From: Mycobacterium sp.
GTDB taxonomy: Bacteria; Actinomycetota; Actinomycetes; Mycobacteriales; Mycobacteriaceae
DNA length: 64,000 nucleotides
Assembly (NCBI GenBank): GCA_965229105.1
Contig: OZ245858.1
Strand: one strand, 5' to 3'
Shown: positions 50,237 through 60,666 of the stretch, one piece after another
How positions within the stretch are numbered: position 1 is the stretch's first letter
How the letters are laid out: each line of letters starts with the position of its first letter
Notes under the pieces: generated by a model
Databases searched by the model: none
The model's input: only the letters and a program-made list of their open reading frames with translations
What the model was told of the DNA's origin: nothing
Program-made: the position numbers and the translations under genes

Positions 50237-52399
50237 TTACTTCAACCCGGCCGCGTCCATCCCGCGCAGTTCCTTCTTCAGGTCGGCGATCTCGTCGCGG
50301 ATCCGGCCCGCCAGCTCGAATTGCAGATCGCGGGCGGCGGCCATCATCTGCGCCGTCATGTCCTTGATCAGGTCCGCCAGCTCGGCACGGGGCATGTTGG
50401 CGGTGTCGCGCCCTTCGAAAACTCCGGCACTGACCGCGCGACCCGGTTCACCCGCAGCCCGACGTCCCCGCGACGAGTTGCGGCCGGAGCCACCGACTTC
50501 CACGGTGGCATCGGTGTCATCAGCTTCGCGGTAAACCTGATCGAGAATGTCGGCGATTTTCTTGCGCAGCGGTTGCGGATCCACCCCGTGCGCCTCGTTG
50601 TAGGCGATCTGCTTGGCACGGCGCCGGTCCGTCTCGTCGATGGCCTGGGCCATGGAATCGGTGATCTTGTCGGCGTACAGATGAACCTCACCCGAGACGT
50701 TTCGGGCGGCGCGACCGATGGTCTGGATGAGGCTGCGCGCCGACCGCAGGAAGCCCTCTTTATCAGCGTCGAGAATCGACACCAGAGACACTTCGGGTAG
50801 ATCCAGTCCCTCGCGGAGCAGGTTGATACCGATCAGCACGTCGTACTCACCGAGCCGGAGCTGCCGCAGCAGCTCGACCCGTCGCAGCGTGTCGACCTCG
50901 GAGTGCAAGTAGCGCACCCGGATACCCAGCTCCAACAGATAGTCGGTCAGATCTTCGGCCATCTTCTTGGTCAGCGTGGTCACCAGCACCCGCTCATCGC
51001 GTTCGGCCCTGGCGCGGATCTCGCCGATCAGATCATCGATCTGGCCCTTGGTCGGTTTGACGATGACCTGCGGGTCGATGAGCCCGGTGGGTCGGATGAC
51101 CTGCTCGACGAATTCACCGCCGGACTGGCTGAGCTCGTACGGGCCTGGGGTGGCCGACAGATACACAGTCTGGCCGATCCGGTCGGCGAACTCTTCCCAG
51201 GTCAGTGGTCGGTTGTCGACCGCGGACGGCAGCCGGAAGCCGAAGTCGACCAGGTTGCGCTTACGCGACATATCGCCTTCGTACATGCCGCCGATCTGCG
51301 GCACAGTGACGTGCGATTCGTCGATCACCATCAGGAAGTCGTCGGGGAAGTAGTCGATCAGGGTGGCCGGCGCCGTTCCCGGTCCGCGGCCGTCGATATG
51401 GCGGGAGTAGTTCTCGATGCCGGAGCAGAACCCGACCTGCCGCATCATCTCGACGTCGTAATTGGTGCGCATGCGCAGCCGCTGCGCTTCGAGCAGTTTG
51501 CCCTGACCCTCGAGCTCGGCCAGCCGCGCTTCCAACTCCTGCTCAATGCTGGAAATGGCCACCGCCATGCGCTCCGGCCCCGCAACGTAGTGCGTAGCCG
51601 GGAAGATTCGCAGCGAGTCGACCTTCCTGACCACGTCACCGGTCAACGGATGCATGTAGTAGAGCGACTCGATCTCGTCGCCGAAGTATTCGATCCGGAC
51701 CGCCAGCTCTTCATAGGACGGAATGATCTCGACGGTGTCACCGCGGACCCGGAACGAGCCGCGGGTGAACGACATGTCGTTGCGGGTGTACTGCACGTCA
51801 ACCAGCAGGCGCAGCAGCGCGTCCCGCGGCACCTCGGCGCCGACCTGGAGTTCGACCGAACGGTCCAGATAAGACTGCGGGGTGCCAAGACCGTAGATGC
51901 AGGACACCGAGGCGACCACGACGACGTCGCGACGAGACAGCAGGCTCGATGTCGCCGAATGCCGAAGCCGCTCGACATCGTCGTTGATGGAGCTGTCCTT
52001 CTCGATATAGGTGTCGGTCTGGGCGATGTACGCCTCAGGCTGGTAGTAGTCGTAGTAGGAGACGAAATACTCGACGGCGTTGTGCGGCAACATTTCCCGT
52101 AACTCATTGGCCAACTGGGCGGCCAGTGTCTTGTTAGGGGCCATCACCAAAGTGGGCCGCTGCAGCTTCTCGATGAGCCAGGCCGTGGTGGCCGACTTGC
52201 CGGTGCCGGTGGCACCCAACAGCACCACATCACGCTCCCCCGCGCGGATCCGGCGTTCGAGGTCTTCGATGGCTGCGGGTTGATCTCCGGCGGGCGAAAA
52301 CTCACTGACCACCTCGAAGCGGCCACCTGAGCGCACCATGTCCTCGACAGGGCGGTGCTCTGAATGCGCGAGCACCGGGTGTTCGGTAGCGAAAGCCAT
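50237..52399 (-). CDS. uvrB: Excinuclease ABC subunit B
   Basis: [60 protein letters not shown].. The start is set at ATG 52399 because the promoter motif occupies 52407..52429; the listed ORF start is 52423. Confidence 0.97.
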   Translation of the reverse strand: MAFATEHPVLAHSEHRPVEDMVRSGGRFEVVSEFSPAGDQPAAIEDLERRIRAGERDVVLLGATGTGKSATTAWLIEKLQRPTLVMAPNKTLAAQLANELREMLPHNAVEYFVSYYDYYQPEAYIAQTDTYIEKDSSINDDVERLRHSATSSLLSRRDVVVVASVSCIYGLGTPQSYLDRSVELQVGAEVPRDALLRLLVDVQYTRNDMSFTRGSFRVRGDTVEIIPSYEELAVRIEYFGDEIESLYYMHPLTGDVVRKVDSLRIFPATHYVAGPERMAVAISSIEQELEARLAELEGQGKLLEAQRLRMRTNYDVEMMRQVGFCSGIENYSRHIDGRGPGTAPATLIDYFPDDFLMVIDESHVTVPQIGGMYEGDMSRKRNLVDFGFRLPSAVDNRPLTWEEFADRIGQTVYLSATPGPYELSQSGGEFVEQVIRPTGLIDPQVIVKPTKGQIDDLIGEIRARAERDERVLVTTLTKKMAEDLTDYLLELGIRVRYLHSEVDTLRRVELLRQLRLGEYDVLIGINLLREGLDLPEVSLVSILDADKEGFLRSARSLIQTIGRAARNVSGEVHLYADKITDSMAQAIDETDRRRAKQIAYNEAHGVDPQPLRKKIADILDQVYREADDTDATVEVGGSGRNSSRGRRAAGEPGRAVSAGVFEGRDTANMPRAELADLIKDMTAQMMAAARDLQFELAGRIRDEIADLKKELRGMDAAGLK

Positions 52400-52406
52400 G
52401 TTCACC

Positions 52407-52429
52407 AGGGTAGGCGGAGGCACCGACAG
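52407..52429 (-). promoter_or_regulatory. RecA-NDp / PafBC-type promoter motif, apparently driving a leaderless uvrB mRNA
   Basis: The minus strand reads CTGTCGGTG-cctccgcc-TACCCT (TGTCGGTG-N8-TAnnnT). The -10 element ends 7 nt before the A of ATG 52399. Confidence 0.55.
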
Positions 52430-52589
52430 ATTTCATTTCCAGGGACACACGCAGGGACTGCCGCCCTATGCTGGCACCATTCACGCTCCCAAACACGAGA
52501 CGTTCGACGTCGGCGCCCGCACCAATACCGATCCCAAGGGGATCGTGCGGGCTGTGGACGTCTACACGCAGCGACCCTGGGGCCTGTAC

Positions 52590-52979
52590 ATGGCCAGGCC
52601 CACACCCGGCCGGGTGCAGTTCCACTACCTGGAGTCGTGGCTGTTACCGACCCTGGGGCTGCGGGCCAATATCTTCCACTGGACCCCCGGACACGAGCGC
52701 GAACAGGACTTCTATCTCGATATCGCCGACATCACCGTGACCGGTGATCTCTGGCACACCGTGGACCACTACCTCGACCTGGTGGTGCACACCGGACAGC
52801 AGACCGATCTCCTCGACGTCGATGAGCTGCTGGAAGCCCATCACATGGGCTTGATCACCCCAGAGGCGGCCGAGGGGGCGATCCTTACGGCGGTGACCAC
52901 AATCGCGGCTCTGGCCAGGCACGATCATGACCTCCACCGGTGGTTAGCTAGTAACGCTATGGACCTGTCCTGGCGATAG
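52590..52979 (+). CDS. DUF402 domain protein
   Basis: ..WGLYMARPTPGRVQFHYLESWLLPTLGLRANIFHW..DFYLDIADITVTGDLWHTVDHYLDLVV. Position matches Rv1632c. The 5' end is uncertain: conserved-looking residues (HAPKHETFD..) lie upstream of ATG 52590 without an obvious canonical start. Confidence 0.65.
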   Translation: MARPTPGRVQFHYLESWLLPTLGLRANIFHWTPGHEREQDFYLDIADITVTGDLWHTVDHYLDLVVHTGQQTDLLDVDELLEAHHMGLITPEAAEGAILTAVTTIAALARHDHDLHRWLASNAMDLSWR

Positions 52980-52985
52980 GAACTA

Positions 52986-53528
52986 GTGTCTGCGAACATG
53001 AGGGCCTCGACACGTGCAGCGACCGCTGTGGCGTTGATACTCGCCGTTTGGGCGTCGCTTGCCCCCGTCACCGCGACGGCTGAACCGGAACCCCTACCGC
53101 CCGCGCCCACGCCACCGGCTCCGGAGCAGGGACTGCTCGCCAACATCACCTACCGTGCGCGGATCGACGGAGTCTCCCGCGGCGCGACGATCACCTATGC
53201 GGCCGAGGGCAACCAGCAGCAGACGGCCAACCCGACGATGATTCCGGGCCGGATATTCGAGGCGCAGACGGTCTTACCGGAATCGGCAACCGCCACCATG
53301 CGGGTCTCGATCCAGTGGCCCTATTCGGCCAACCTGCACTGCGAGATCCTTGTCAACGATGCGGTGGTCGCCCAAGCCGACGATTTCATCTCCCCGCGGG
53401 CCCTTCCCGTCAAGGACGACCCCGACTACGGCGCATTGACCTGCGAAGCGCCGGTGGCCGGTGTTCCAATCCCCGTCGATGCACCCGCTGACGCGCCGCC
53501 GGCGGATGCGCCGCCTCCGTCGGCCTGA
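52986..53528 (+). CDS. Secreted proline-rich protein of unknown function
   Basis: Signal RASTRAATAVALILAVWASLAPVTATA; Pro-rich N- and C-terminal tails (PADAPPADAPPPSA). GTG 52986 or ATG 52998. Confidence 0.55.
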   Translation: MSANMRASTRAATAVALILAVWASLAPVTATAEPEPLPPAPTPPAPEQGLLANITYRARIDGVSRGATITYAAEGNQQQTANPTMIPGRIFEAQTVLPESATATMRVSIQWPYSANLHCEILVNDAVVAQADDFISPRALPVKDDPDYGALTCEAPVAGVPIPVDAPADAPPADAPPPSA

Positions 53529-53611
53529 GTCGTGCCGGCAGGCAACCCGGATCGAGTAATTGATTTCGGGATTGCCGTTTTCGTGGTTGCCCTTGCTTCT
53601 ACATTGGGCGT

Positions 53612-56233
53612 GTGCGCCTACATTGGCCGCTCACCGGCCGCGCAGAGGAACTACGACTGATCGCCGCCGCGATAGCAGATCGCAATTCGTCGGGAGTGAT
53701 TGTCCGCGGTTCTGCCGGCGTCGGGAAGAGCCGCATCGTCCGAGAAGCGCTCGCCGGCTTTTCCTCTGGCGGCGGTGAGGCCCGCTGGATAGTGGCAACA
53801 ACCTCAGCGCGTGCACTCCCGTTGGGGGCGCTGAGCGACTGGGTCGAGTCCACCGATACCGGCGATCTTGGGGTGGTCCGCGAAGTCATCGATGCTCTCA
53901 CATCTGCATCGGGTGACTCCCGCGTCGTCATCGGGGTGGACGATGTGTTTCTTCTCGATGACCTGTCCACCTTCGTCATGCACCAGATCGTCCAACGCGG
54001 TGTCGCCAAAATGGTGTTCACAGTCCGTGACGGCAGCCCGATTCCGGTTGCGACACAGGAGTTGTGGGAGGCCGGTCAGTTTGACAGCCTCGTTCTGCAA
54101 CCCTTGTCGCGCGAGGAGAGCACCGCGCTGGTGTCTGCCACGCTGGGAGGTCCCCTCGATCCGGATGCCGCGCAGCGACTATGGCTGCTGACTCGCGGCA
54201 ACGTGTTGTATCTGCGCAATATCGTCGAACAGGAAGTCGCCGACGGTCGGCTCGCGCAGCACGGTGGTCATTGGCGCTGGACCGGCGAACCTGTGATGCC
54301 TGATGGATTGGTGGAGTTGATCGAATCGCGGATGGGCGCTTTGCCGAATTCGGTCACTGATGTCATCGATGCGCTCGCGGTCGCCGAACCGATTGATCTT
54401 GCGGTGCTTGGCAGCATCACCGGCTCATCAGCGATCGAAGACGCTGACGAACGCGGCCTGATCACCGTCGAACCGACCGACCGCGGGATGGATGTGCGGG
54501 TGGCGCATCCGCTCTACGCCGAAGTCCGCCGCAAACGAGCGGCACCGACCCGACTTCGACGACTTCGGGGTTTGATCGCCAACCAGCTGGCCACTGTCGA
54601 CAACGCCGAGGACATTCACACTGTCGTGCGGCGTGCCGCACTGAGTCTGGACTCCGACCTCGCCCCGGACGCCGCTTTACTGGCCAGAGCCGCACAGGGT
54701 GCCGTGTCGCTGGCAGATATGCCGCTGGCCGATCGCCTGGCCGGTGCAGCAATCTGCGCCGGTGCCGGGGTGGATGCGTACTTCACCCGGTCATGGGCGC
54801 TGGCCTGGATTGATCCGCAGCAAGCCGACGCGGTGTTGGCCAGCATCCCGACAAGCGGTTTCACCGAACACGACCGCGTGTTTCTTGCCTGCTTCAGAGC
54901 TAGCGGTCTGCTGTGGGGGCTTGCCGACCCCGACGGCGCGAAGAGGGTGATCGATGACGTCGCGCGGATAGCGGCATCGGAGCAGGCCCGCACCGTCTTA
55001 GACGCGTGGAATGTCATGTACCTGGCGTCGATGGCACAGCCGCTGGCGGCCAGCAGATTGGCGGCAGGAGTCGACTTTGAGCAGCTGCCCCCCGTAACGG
55101 GTGCAGCGGCGAGTTGGGCGCTCGTTGTCGCCCACGGAGACTCCGGTGCTACCACGGACGCTGTGGCCGCAGCACAGCACGGCTACACCATTGTGGCCCG
55201 TGCCCGCGAAGCTCCACATATGCATCTGGTGATCGGCGACCGGCACGTCGGCGCACTTCTGCAGTCCGGACGAATCGCGGAGGCACGGTCGGTGGCCGAC
55301 GCACTCCACACCCAGACAGCGGATCTGCCTGGGGTCGCTGAATTGCTCAGCACAGCCGTGGAAGGGCGAGCCGCATTAGGGGCTGGGCGGCTTCTTGAGG
55401 CGCATTCGCTGCTGCAGCCAGTGCTTGAGATGTTCTTCGCGACTGGGGATGTCAACGGTTTCGGCTATCGCTATCAAATCGCCGACGTCACTGCGCTGGC
55501 GATGTGCGACTTGGTCGAGGAAGCCGGTGCCGGGCTCGCCCACCTCGAGCAGCATCGCTACCCGAGTTGGCAGTTTGTCGACTACGAGCGCTCGATGGCT
55601 CAGGCGTGGGTGGCCGCGTGTGAGGGTGCGGTCAGCGAAGCGCGCGCAATCTGCTTGATGGCCGCCGAGACATCAAGAGCCAATGGACAATTCGCGGCCG
55701 AGGTGTGGTGCCTACAAACCGCGGTCCAGTTCGGCGACCGCTCATGTGGGCCGCGTCTGGGTGAGTTGGAAGCGGTGGTCGAGGGGCCTCGGGTCGGTGT
55801 GGCGGCACGGTTTGCCGCGGGGCTCCATGATGGTGACGCAGCGAAGCTTGCCGTGGTGTCAAGACAATTCGAGGATATGGGTGATCTGGTCGCAGCCGTG
55901 GATGCCGCCGCGCACGCTGGGATCGAATATCGGCGGCAGGATCTTCGTGGCTCGGCCTTGGGTTGTTCCACCCGCGCCGATGAGTTGGCCGAGCACTGTG
56001 GTGCGAGCACACCGGCGCTGCGCCATGCCAGTGAGAGAGTGCCCCTGACTGTTCGGCAACGCGAAATCGTCGAACTGCTCGGACAGGGTTTGTCCAACCC
56101 CGCTATCGCTGAGCGTTTGACGCTGTCCCGCCGCACCGTCGAAGCCCACATTTATCGCGCCATGGCCAAGACCGGCACCGCCAGCCGTGCTGAGCTCGCG
56201 GCGCTGATCCCCCGCCGTGATCCGGTGCGCTGA
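53612..56233 (+). CDS. LuxR-family large ATP-binding regulator (LAL type)
   Basis: Walker A GSAGVGKS near the N-terminus, long helical middle region, C-terminal HTH LTVRQREIVELLGQGLSNPAIAERLTLSRRTVEAHIYRAM. Confidence 0.85.
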   Translation: MRLHWPLTGRAEELRLIAAAIADRNSSGVIVRGSAGVGKSRIVREALAGFSSGGGEARWIVATTSARALPLGALSDWVESTDTGDLGVVREVIDALTSASGDSRVVIGVDDVFLLDDLSTFVMHQIVQRGVAKMVFTVRDGSPIPVATQELWEAGQFDSLVLQPLSREESTALVSATLGGPLDPDAAQRLWLLTRGNVLYLRNIVEQEVADGRLAQHGGHWRWTGEPVMPDGLVELIESRMGALPNSVTDVIDALAVAEPIDLAVLGSITGSSAIEDADERGLITVEPTDRGMDVRVAHPLYAEVRRKRAAPTRLRRLRGLIANQLATVDNAEDIHTVVRRAALSLDSDLAPDAALLARAAQGAVSLADMPLADRLAGAAICAGAGVDAYFTRSWALAWIDPQQADAVLASIPTSGFTEHDRVFLACFRASGLLWGLADPDGAKRVIDDVARIAASEQARTVLDAWNVMYLASMAQPLAASRLAAGVDFEQLPPVTGAAASWALVVAHGDSGATTDAVAAAQHGYTIVARAREAPHMHLVIGDRHVGALLQSGRIAEARSVADALHTQTADLPGVAELLSTAVEGRAALGAGRLLEAHSLLQPVLEMFFATGDVNGFGYRYQIADVTALAMCDLVEEAGAGLAHLEQHRYPSWQFVDYERSMAQAWVAACEGAVSEARAICLMAAETSRANGQFAAEVWCLQTAVQFGDRSCGPRLGELEAVVEGPRVGVAARFAAGLHDGDAAKLAVVSRQFEDMGDLVAAVDAAAHAGIEYRRQDLRGSALGCSTRADELAEHCGASTPALRHASERVPLTVRQREIVELLGQGLSNPAIAERLTLSRRTVEAHIYRAMAKTGTASRAELAALIPRRDPVR

Positions 56234-56289
56234 TTTTTGAGTATGCGCATACGTAGTCGTGCCCTACAGGGCGGGGGCACGCTGGTGTC

Positions 56290-56502
56290 ATGGACAACCT
56301 CAGCGCTCATGAGGTCGCGTTACGGCGACTGCCCTTGCCGTATTCGCTGGCTCTGCGACTGCGTGACGCCGGCGTGGCGCCCGAGGTGGTGTGTGAGTAT
56401 CTCGGTGTCGACGAAGCTGCTCTGAGTAGCCTGTACCGCCTTGCCGAAGGAAAACTGGCCGCCGCCGCCGCCGAAACAGCGACCCGTCCCGGCGATCACT
56501 AG
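56290..56502 (+). CDS. Small hypothetical protein (possible HTH)
   Basis: 70-aa ORF MDNLSAHEVALRRLPLPYSLALRLRDAGVAPEVVCEYLGVDEAALSSLYRLAEGKL.. with moderate GC3 bias. Lies downstream of the LAL regulator. Confidence 0.4.
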   Translation: MDNLSAHEVALRRLPLPYSLALRLRDAGVAPEVVCEYLGVDEAALSSLYRLAEGKLAAAAAETATRPGDH

Positions 56503-56506
56503 CCCC

Positions 56507-57706
56507 TCAGCCGGTCGAGTCAGCCGGCCAGTTGGTGGCATCCGCCCAATGCCACGCGCGCCGATAGGCGTCGGCGAACCACGGTTCTTTGGCGTCGGTG
56601 TCTTCGACCGTGCGCTCGAGCTCTAGGTACTCCGCCTGCGCATCGGCATTGGCTGTCAACCAGTCGACGAACAGCAGCGCGAACTGCTGGTTGGGGTGGC
56701 CGTCCACCCGGAGGTGGATATTGGTCGGCCGGCCGGGGTCCGCCGAGCCATGAAACCTTTTGCCCCAGAACGTCGGATCATTGTTGCGGTCATAAGCCGG
56801 CACCGAACTGCGGGCCTCGGCCTTGGCGATATCGGTGGTGATCGACGCCACCCGCGGGTAACCGACGGCCAGCAATGATTCGGCCAATTCGTCTGCGGTA
56901 TCCAAGGAATCGACCGTGACCTGGATATCGATGACATTCTTGGCAGCCAAGCCGGGGACGGCCGTGGAACCGATGTGATCGATGCGGATCGCGCGATGCC
57001 CACAGGCCGTATTCAGTCGGGCCAGGATGCGGCGCGCCTCGTCCGGCCATGACGGGTCGGACGGAACCACCTGCGGTGCACTGGGTGCGGGTTCGCGGGC
57101 CTCAATGTTGTGCGCGAACGGGATGATTCGGTGCTCCCACAGCGTGCGGGCCTGCTCTTTGAGATCGTCGGCGCTGCCGTGGTTGTCCAGCCAGACGTCG
57201 GCAACTAAGCGGCGGTGCTCCTCGGTCGCCTGGGCGGCGATCCGTGCGCGGGCGTCGTCCTCGCTGAAGCCGCGGTGCTCGATGAGGCGTTTGACCCGTA
57301 GCTCGGCATCCGCGTTGACGATGATGACCAGCGGGAAGAACGGTGCCATCTGGGACTCCACCAGAAGCGGAATATCCTCGACGACAACATCATCAGTACG
57401 TGCGGCGGCGACCAGTTCCTCGCGGCGGGCACCGACCAGCGGGTGCACGATGCCGTTCAGCGTCGCACGTTTGTCGTCATCGCTGAAGGCGATGGCCGCC
57501 AGCGCCGGTCGATTCAGCGCCCCGTCGGGCAGCAGGATGCCGGGACCAAAGGCCTCGACGAGCTTGGCCAGACCGTCGGTGCCCGGCTCTACCACCTCAC
57601 GGGAGATGACATCGCCGTCGACGATGATCCCGCCGAGCTCCGAAAAAGTCGATGCCACGGTCGATTTACCCGCACCGATACCGCCGGTCAATCCGATCCT
57701 CAGCAT
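56507..57706 (-). CDS. coaE: Dephospho-CoA kinase fused to a C-terminal GrpB/UPF0157 domain
   Basis: MLRIGLTGGIGAGKSTVASTF.. 399 aa, the long mycobacterial form as in Rv1631. Confidence 0.95.
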   Translation of the reverse strand: MLRIGLTGGIGAGKSTVASTFSELGGIIVDGDVISREVVEPGTDGLAKLVEAFGPGILLPDGALNRPALAAIAFSDDDKRATLNGIVHPLVGARREELVAAARTDDVVVEDIPLLVESQMAPFFPLVIIVNADAELRVKRLIEHRGFSEDDARARIAAQATEEHRRLVADVWLDNHGSADDLKEQARTLWEHRIIPFAHNIEAREPAPSAPQVVPSDPSWPDEARRILARLNTACGHRAIRIDHIGSTAVPGLAAKNVIDIQVTVDSLDTADELAESLLAVGYPRVASITTDIAKAEARSSVPAYDRNNDPTFWGKRFHGSADPGRPTNIHLRVDGHPNQQFALLFVDWLTANADAQAEYLELERTVEDTDAKEPWFADAYRRAWHWADATNWPADSTG

Positions 57707-57732
57707 GGGAAGTCCTTACGACGTATACAACG

Positions 57733-57770
57733 AACAACGCAGCATGTCCTCACGGACATGCTGCGTTGTT
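57733..57770 (-). terminator. rpsA terminator hairpin
   Basis: AACAACGCAGCATGTCC-tcac-GGACATGCTGCGTTGTT, a perfect 17-bp stem 26 nt after the rpsA stop and before coaE. Confidence 0.65.
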
Positions 57771-57795
57771 TCACTCGGCGAATGAGTGGTTCTTG

Positions 57796-59250
57796 TTAGG
57801 CGTTACCCGCGAGCTTCTCGCGCAGCGCTGCCAACTGTGCGTCGCTGGCGAGCGATCCGCCTGCGGACTCACCCGAAGAGGACGAGGTCGACGAACCGTT
57901 CGACGAACCGGCAGGCCTGCTGGCTTCCTCGGCCTCGGCAGCGGCGAACTTCTCCATCTGCGCGGTGTGCATCTTGTGCCGGCGTTCGGCCTCGGCGTAC
58001 CGGGCCTCCCATTCCGTGCGCTGCTTGTCGAAGCCTTCCAACCATTCGTTGGTCTCGGCGTCGAAGCCCTCGGGGAAGATGTAGTTGCCCGCCTCGTCGT
58101 AGCTGTCGGCCATGCCGTACTTCGACGGGTCGAACTCCTCGGTGTAATCCTCGTTGGCCTGCTTGAGGCTCAGCGAGATCCGGCGACGCTCCAGGTCGAT
58201 ATCGATGACCTTGACCATCGCGTCGTCACCGACGGCAACAACCTGATCGGGCACCTCGACGTGGCGCTCGGCCAGCTCGGAGATGTGCACCAGGCCCTCG
58301 ATACCCTCTTCGACGCGGACGAACGCACCGAACGGCACCAGCTTGGTGACCTTGCCGGGCACGATCTGGCCGATGGCGTGGGTGCGGGCGAAGTGACGCC
58401 ACGGATCTTCCTGGGTGGCCTTGAGCGACAAGGAAACCCGCTCGCGATCCATATCGACGTCGAGCACCTCGACGGTGACCTCGTCGCCAACCTGCACGAC
58501 CTCGGACGGATGGTCGATGTGCTTCCACGACAGCTCGGAAACGTGCACCAGACCGTCGACGCCACCCAAGTCCACGAAGGCACCGAAGTTGACGATCGAG
58601 GACACGACACCCTTGCGGATGGCGCCCTTCTGCAGCTGGTTGAGGAATTCGCTGCGCACCTCGGACTGAGTCTGCTCCAGCCATGCGCGGCGACTCAGCA
58701 CCACGTTGTTGCGGTTCTTGTCCAGCTCGATGATCTTGGCTTCGATCTCCTTGCCGATGTACGGCTGAAGATCGCGCACCCGACGCATCTCGACGAGCGA
58801 GGCGGGCAGGAAGCCGCGCAGACCGATGTCGAGGATCAGGCCGCCCTTGACGACCTCGATGACGGTGCCCTTGACGGCCTCGTCCTTCTCCTTGAGCTCT
58901 TCGATCGTGCCCCATGCGCGTTCGTACTGCGCACGCTTCTTGGACAGGATCAGACGGCCTTCTTTGTCCTCTTTGGTGAGGACCAGGGCTTCGATCTCAT
59001 CGCCGACGGACACAACCTCATTGGGGTCGACGTCGTGCTTGATGGAGAGTTCGCGAGAAGGAATTACACCTTCGGTTTTGTATCCGATGTCGAGCAAGAC
59101 TTCATCGCGGTCAACCTTGACGATTGTCCCTTCGACGATGTCACCATCGTTGAAGTATTTGATGGTCTTGTCGATTGCGGCCATAAAATCCTCGGCCGAG
59201 CCGATGTCGTTAATGGCTACTTGCGGCGAGGTGATGGTGGGACTTGGCAT
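57796..59250 (-). CDS. rpsA: 30S ribosomal protein S1
   Basis: MPSPTITSPQVAINDIGSAEDFMAAIDKTIKYFNDGDIVEGTIVKVDRDEVLLDIGYKTEGVI.. with four S1 repeats. ATG 59250 within listed ORF 57796..59673. Confidence 0.97.
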   Translation of the reverse strand: MPSPTITSPQVAINDIGSAEDFMAAIDKTIKYFNDGDIVEGTIVKVDRDEVLLDIGYKTEGVIPSRELSIKHDVDPNEVVSVGDEIEALVLTKEDKEGRLILSKKRAQYERAWGTIEELKEKDEAVKGTVIEVVKGGLILDIGLRGFLPASLVEMRRVRDLQPYIGKEIEAKIIELDKNRNNVVLSRRAWLEQTQSEVRSEFLNQLQKGAIRKGVVSSIVNFGAFVDLGGVDGLVHVSELSWKHIDHPSEVVQVGDEVTVEVLDVDMDRERVSLSLKATQEDPWRHFARTHAIGQIVPGKVTKLVPFGAFVRVEEGIEGLVHISELAERHVEVPDQVVAVGDDAMVKVIDIDLERRRISLSLKQANEDYTEEFDPSKYGMADSYDEAGNYIFPEGFDAETNEWLEGFDKQRTEWEARYAEAERRHKMHTAQMEKFAAAEAEEASRPAGSSNGSSTSSSSGESAGGSLASDAQLAALREKLAGNA

Positions 59251-59488
59251 ATTGTTGGGTTGCTCCGGACAGGCTTGATCGTAGGGACAAGTTTGACGAG
59301 ATTTGGGTGTATACCCGCGATGACGCACACAGGTACGTCCCAAGGTTACTCGACGGGGTACACGCAGGACAAACCCGGTCTGTTTGGTGCTCACCCGAGT
59401 ACTCGAACAGGGGTGCCGGCCGCTGGGCCGAGACGAGCATCTGCGGCCTGTTTTCCCTTCGATTAGCGTCGTGCGGGTGAATGCGCCG

Positions 59489-60655
59489 ATGCCATCCTCA
59501 GCAGCATTGCCCTGGCTGCCGATCGGCCCGCTGCCGAAGAAAATCCGCAAGGTCGGCGCGCCACTGGGCGTGATCATTGCGCTGGGCACACTGGCCGGGC
59601 TGGTCGTTATCTTGCTGACCGCGGTCAACCCGATCGGTACCGCGATCGGGTTTCTGCTGGCCAGCGTGGCCATGGCACTGGTGGTGCTGGCCTATATCTG
59701 GCTTGATCGGTGGGAGCCGGAGCCGCCGCGGCTGCTGGTGCTGGCCTTCCTCTGGGGTGCCTCGGTGGCCATCGTCGTATCCATCGGACTGGAGCTGTAT
59801 TTCGGATCGGTGCTCGCCACCGGCGACGAGGCGACGGACAACTTCGTCAGCACCGGAATCGGCGCACCCCTGATCGAAGAAGCGCTCAAGGGCCTGTTCC
59901 TGCTGGTGATGATGACGGGTCGGCGCCGCAACGAGCTCAACTCACTGACCGACTGCCTGGTGTACGCAGGCCTGACCGCGGCGGGTTTCGCTTGGGTGGA
60001 GAACATCGCCTACATCGCCAACGGTGAATCACTGGGCGACTCGCTGGTGGTGGCGGGGATGCGGTTGATCATGGGGCCTTTCGCTCACCCGCTGTTCACC
60101 ACCATGACCGCAATCGGTGTGTACTTCGCGCTGAATCGACGCAATGTTCTCGCCAAGACCGGCTGCATCCTGCTCGGATATGCCGGTGCGGTGATCATGC
60201 ACGCGCTGTGGAACGGCTCCGCGCTCTTTGGGATCGGAACCTATTTCCTGGTCTACCTGTTCTGGATGGTTCCGGTCTTTGCGCTGGCGATCTGGCTGGC
60301 GATCCGCAGCCGCCGTCGGGAGCAGCACGTCGTCGCGGCCACGCTGCCCGGCATGGTGGCCGCTGGCCTCATCACCCCAAACGAGGCGACCTGGTTGGGC
60401 TCGATCCGCCACCGCAAGCTCGCCGCCGCGGCCGTCGGCCGCATCGGCGGCAAGCCGGCGACCAAGGTGGTCAACCGGTTCAGCGCGCAGGTGGTCGAGC
60501 TGGCCTTCGTCCGTGACCGCATTGATCGCGGGTTCGGCGATCAGCGGGTGTACGCGCTGCTCGACGACGAGACGCAGGCGCTGCGGGCCATCCGCGCGGC
60601 GGCCGCTCAACCCACCTTGCAGTGGTTGGCGGGCTACCGCATCCCGGCCGCTTAG
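59489..60655 (+). CDS. PrsW-family intramembrane protease
   Basis: Multi-TM protein with APLIEEALKGLFLL (EExxK) and MHALWNGSA (HxxxN). ATG 59489 or GTG 59471. Confidence 0.75.
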   Translation: MPSSAALPWLPIGPLPKKIRKVGAPLGVIIALGTLAGLVVILLTAVNPIGTAIGFLLASVAMALVVLAYIWLDRWEPEPPRLLVLAFLWGASVAIVVSIGLELYFGSVLATGDEATDNFVSTGIGAPLIEEALKGLFLLVMMTGRRRNELNSLTDCLVYAGLTAAGFAWVENIAYIANGESLGDSLVVAGMRLIMGPFAHPLFTTMTAIGVYFALNRRNVLAKTGCILLGYAGAVIMHALWNGSALFGIGTYFLVYLFWMVPVFALAIWLAIRSRRREQHVVAATLPGMVAAGLITPNEATWLGSIRHRKLAAAAVGRIGGKPATKVVNRFSAQVVELAFVRDRIDRGFGDQRVYALLDDETQALRAIRAAAAQPTLQWLAGYRIPAA

Positions 60656-60666
60656 CGCGCTTGCCG

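Noticed and set aside
50903-52102. 399-aa ORF on the plus strand
   Set aside because: Antisense shadow of uvrB, with no motif content.
57652-59466. 604-aa ORF on the plus strand
   Set aside because: It lies entirely antisense to rpsA. Its composition (Arg/Gly/Leu/Val-rich, no recognisable motifs) is typical of shadow ORFs in high-GC DNA.
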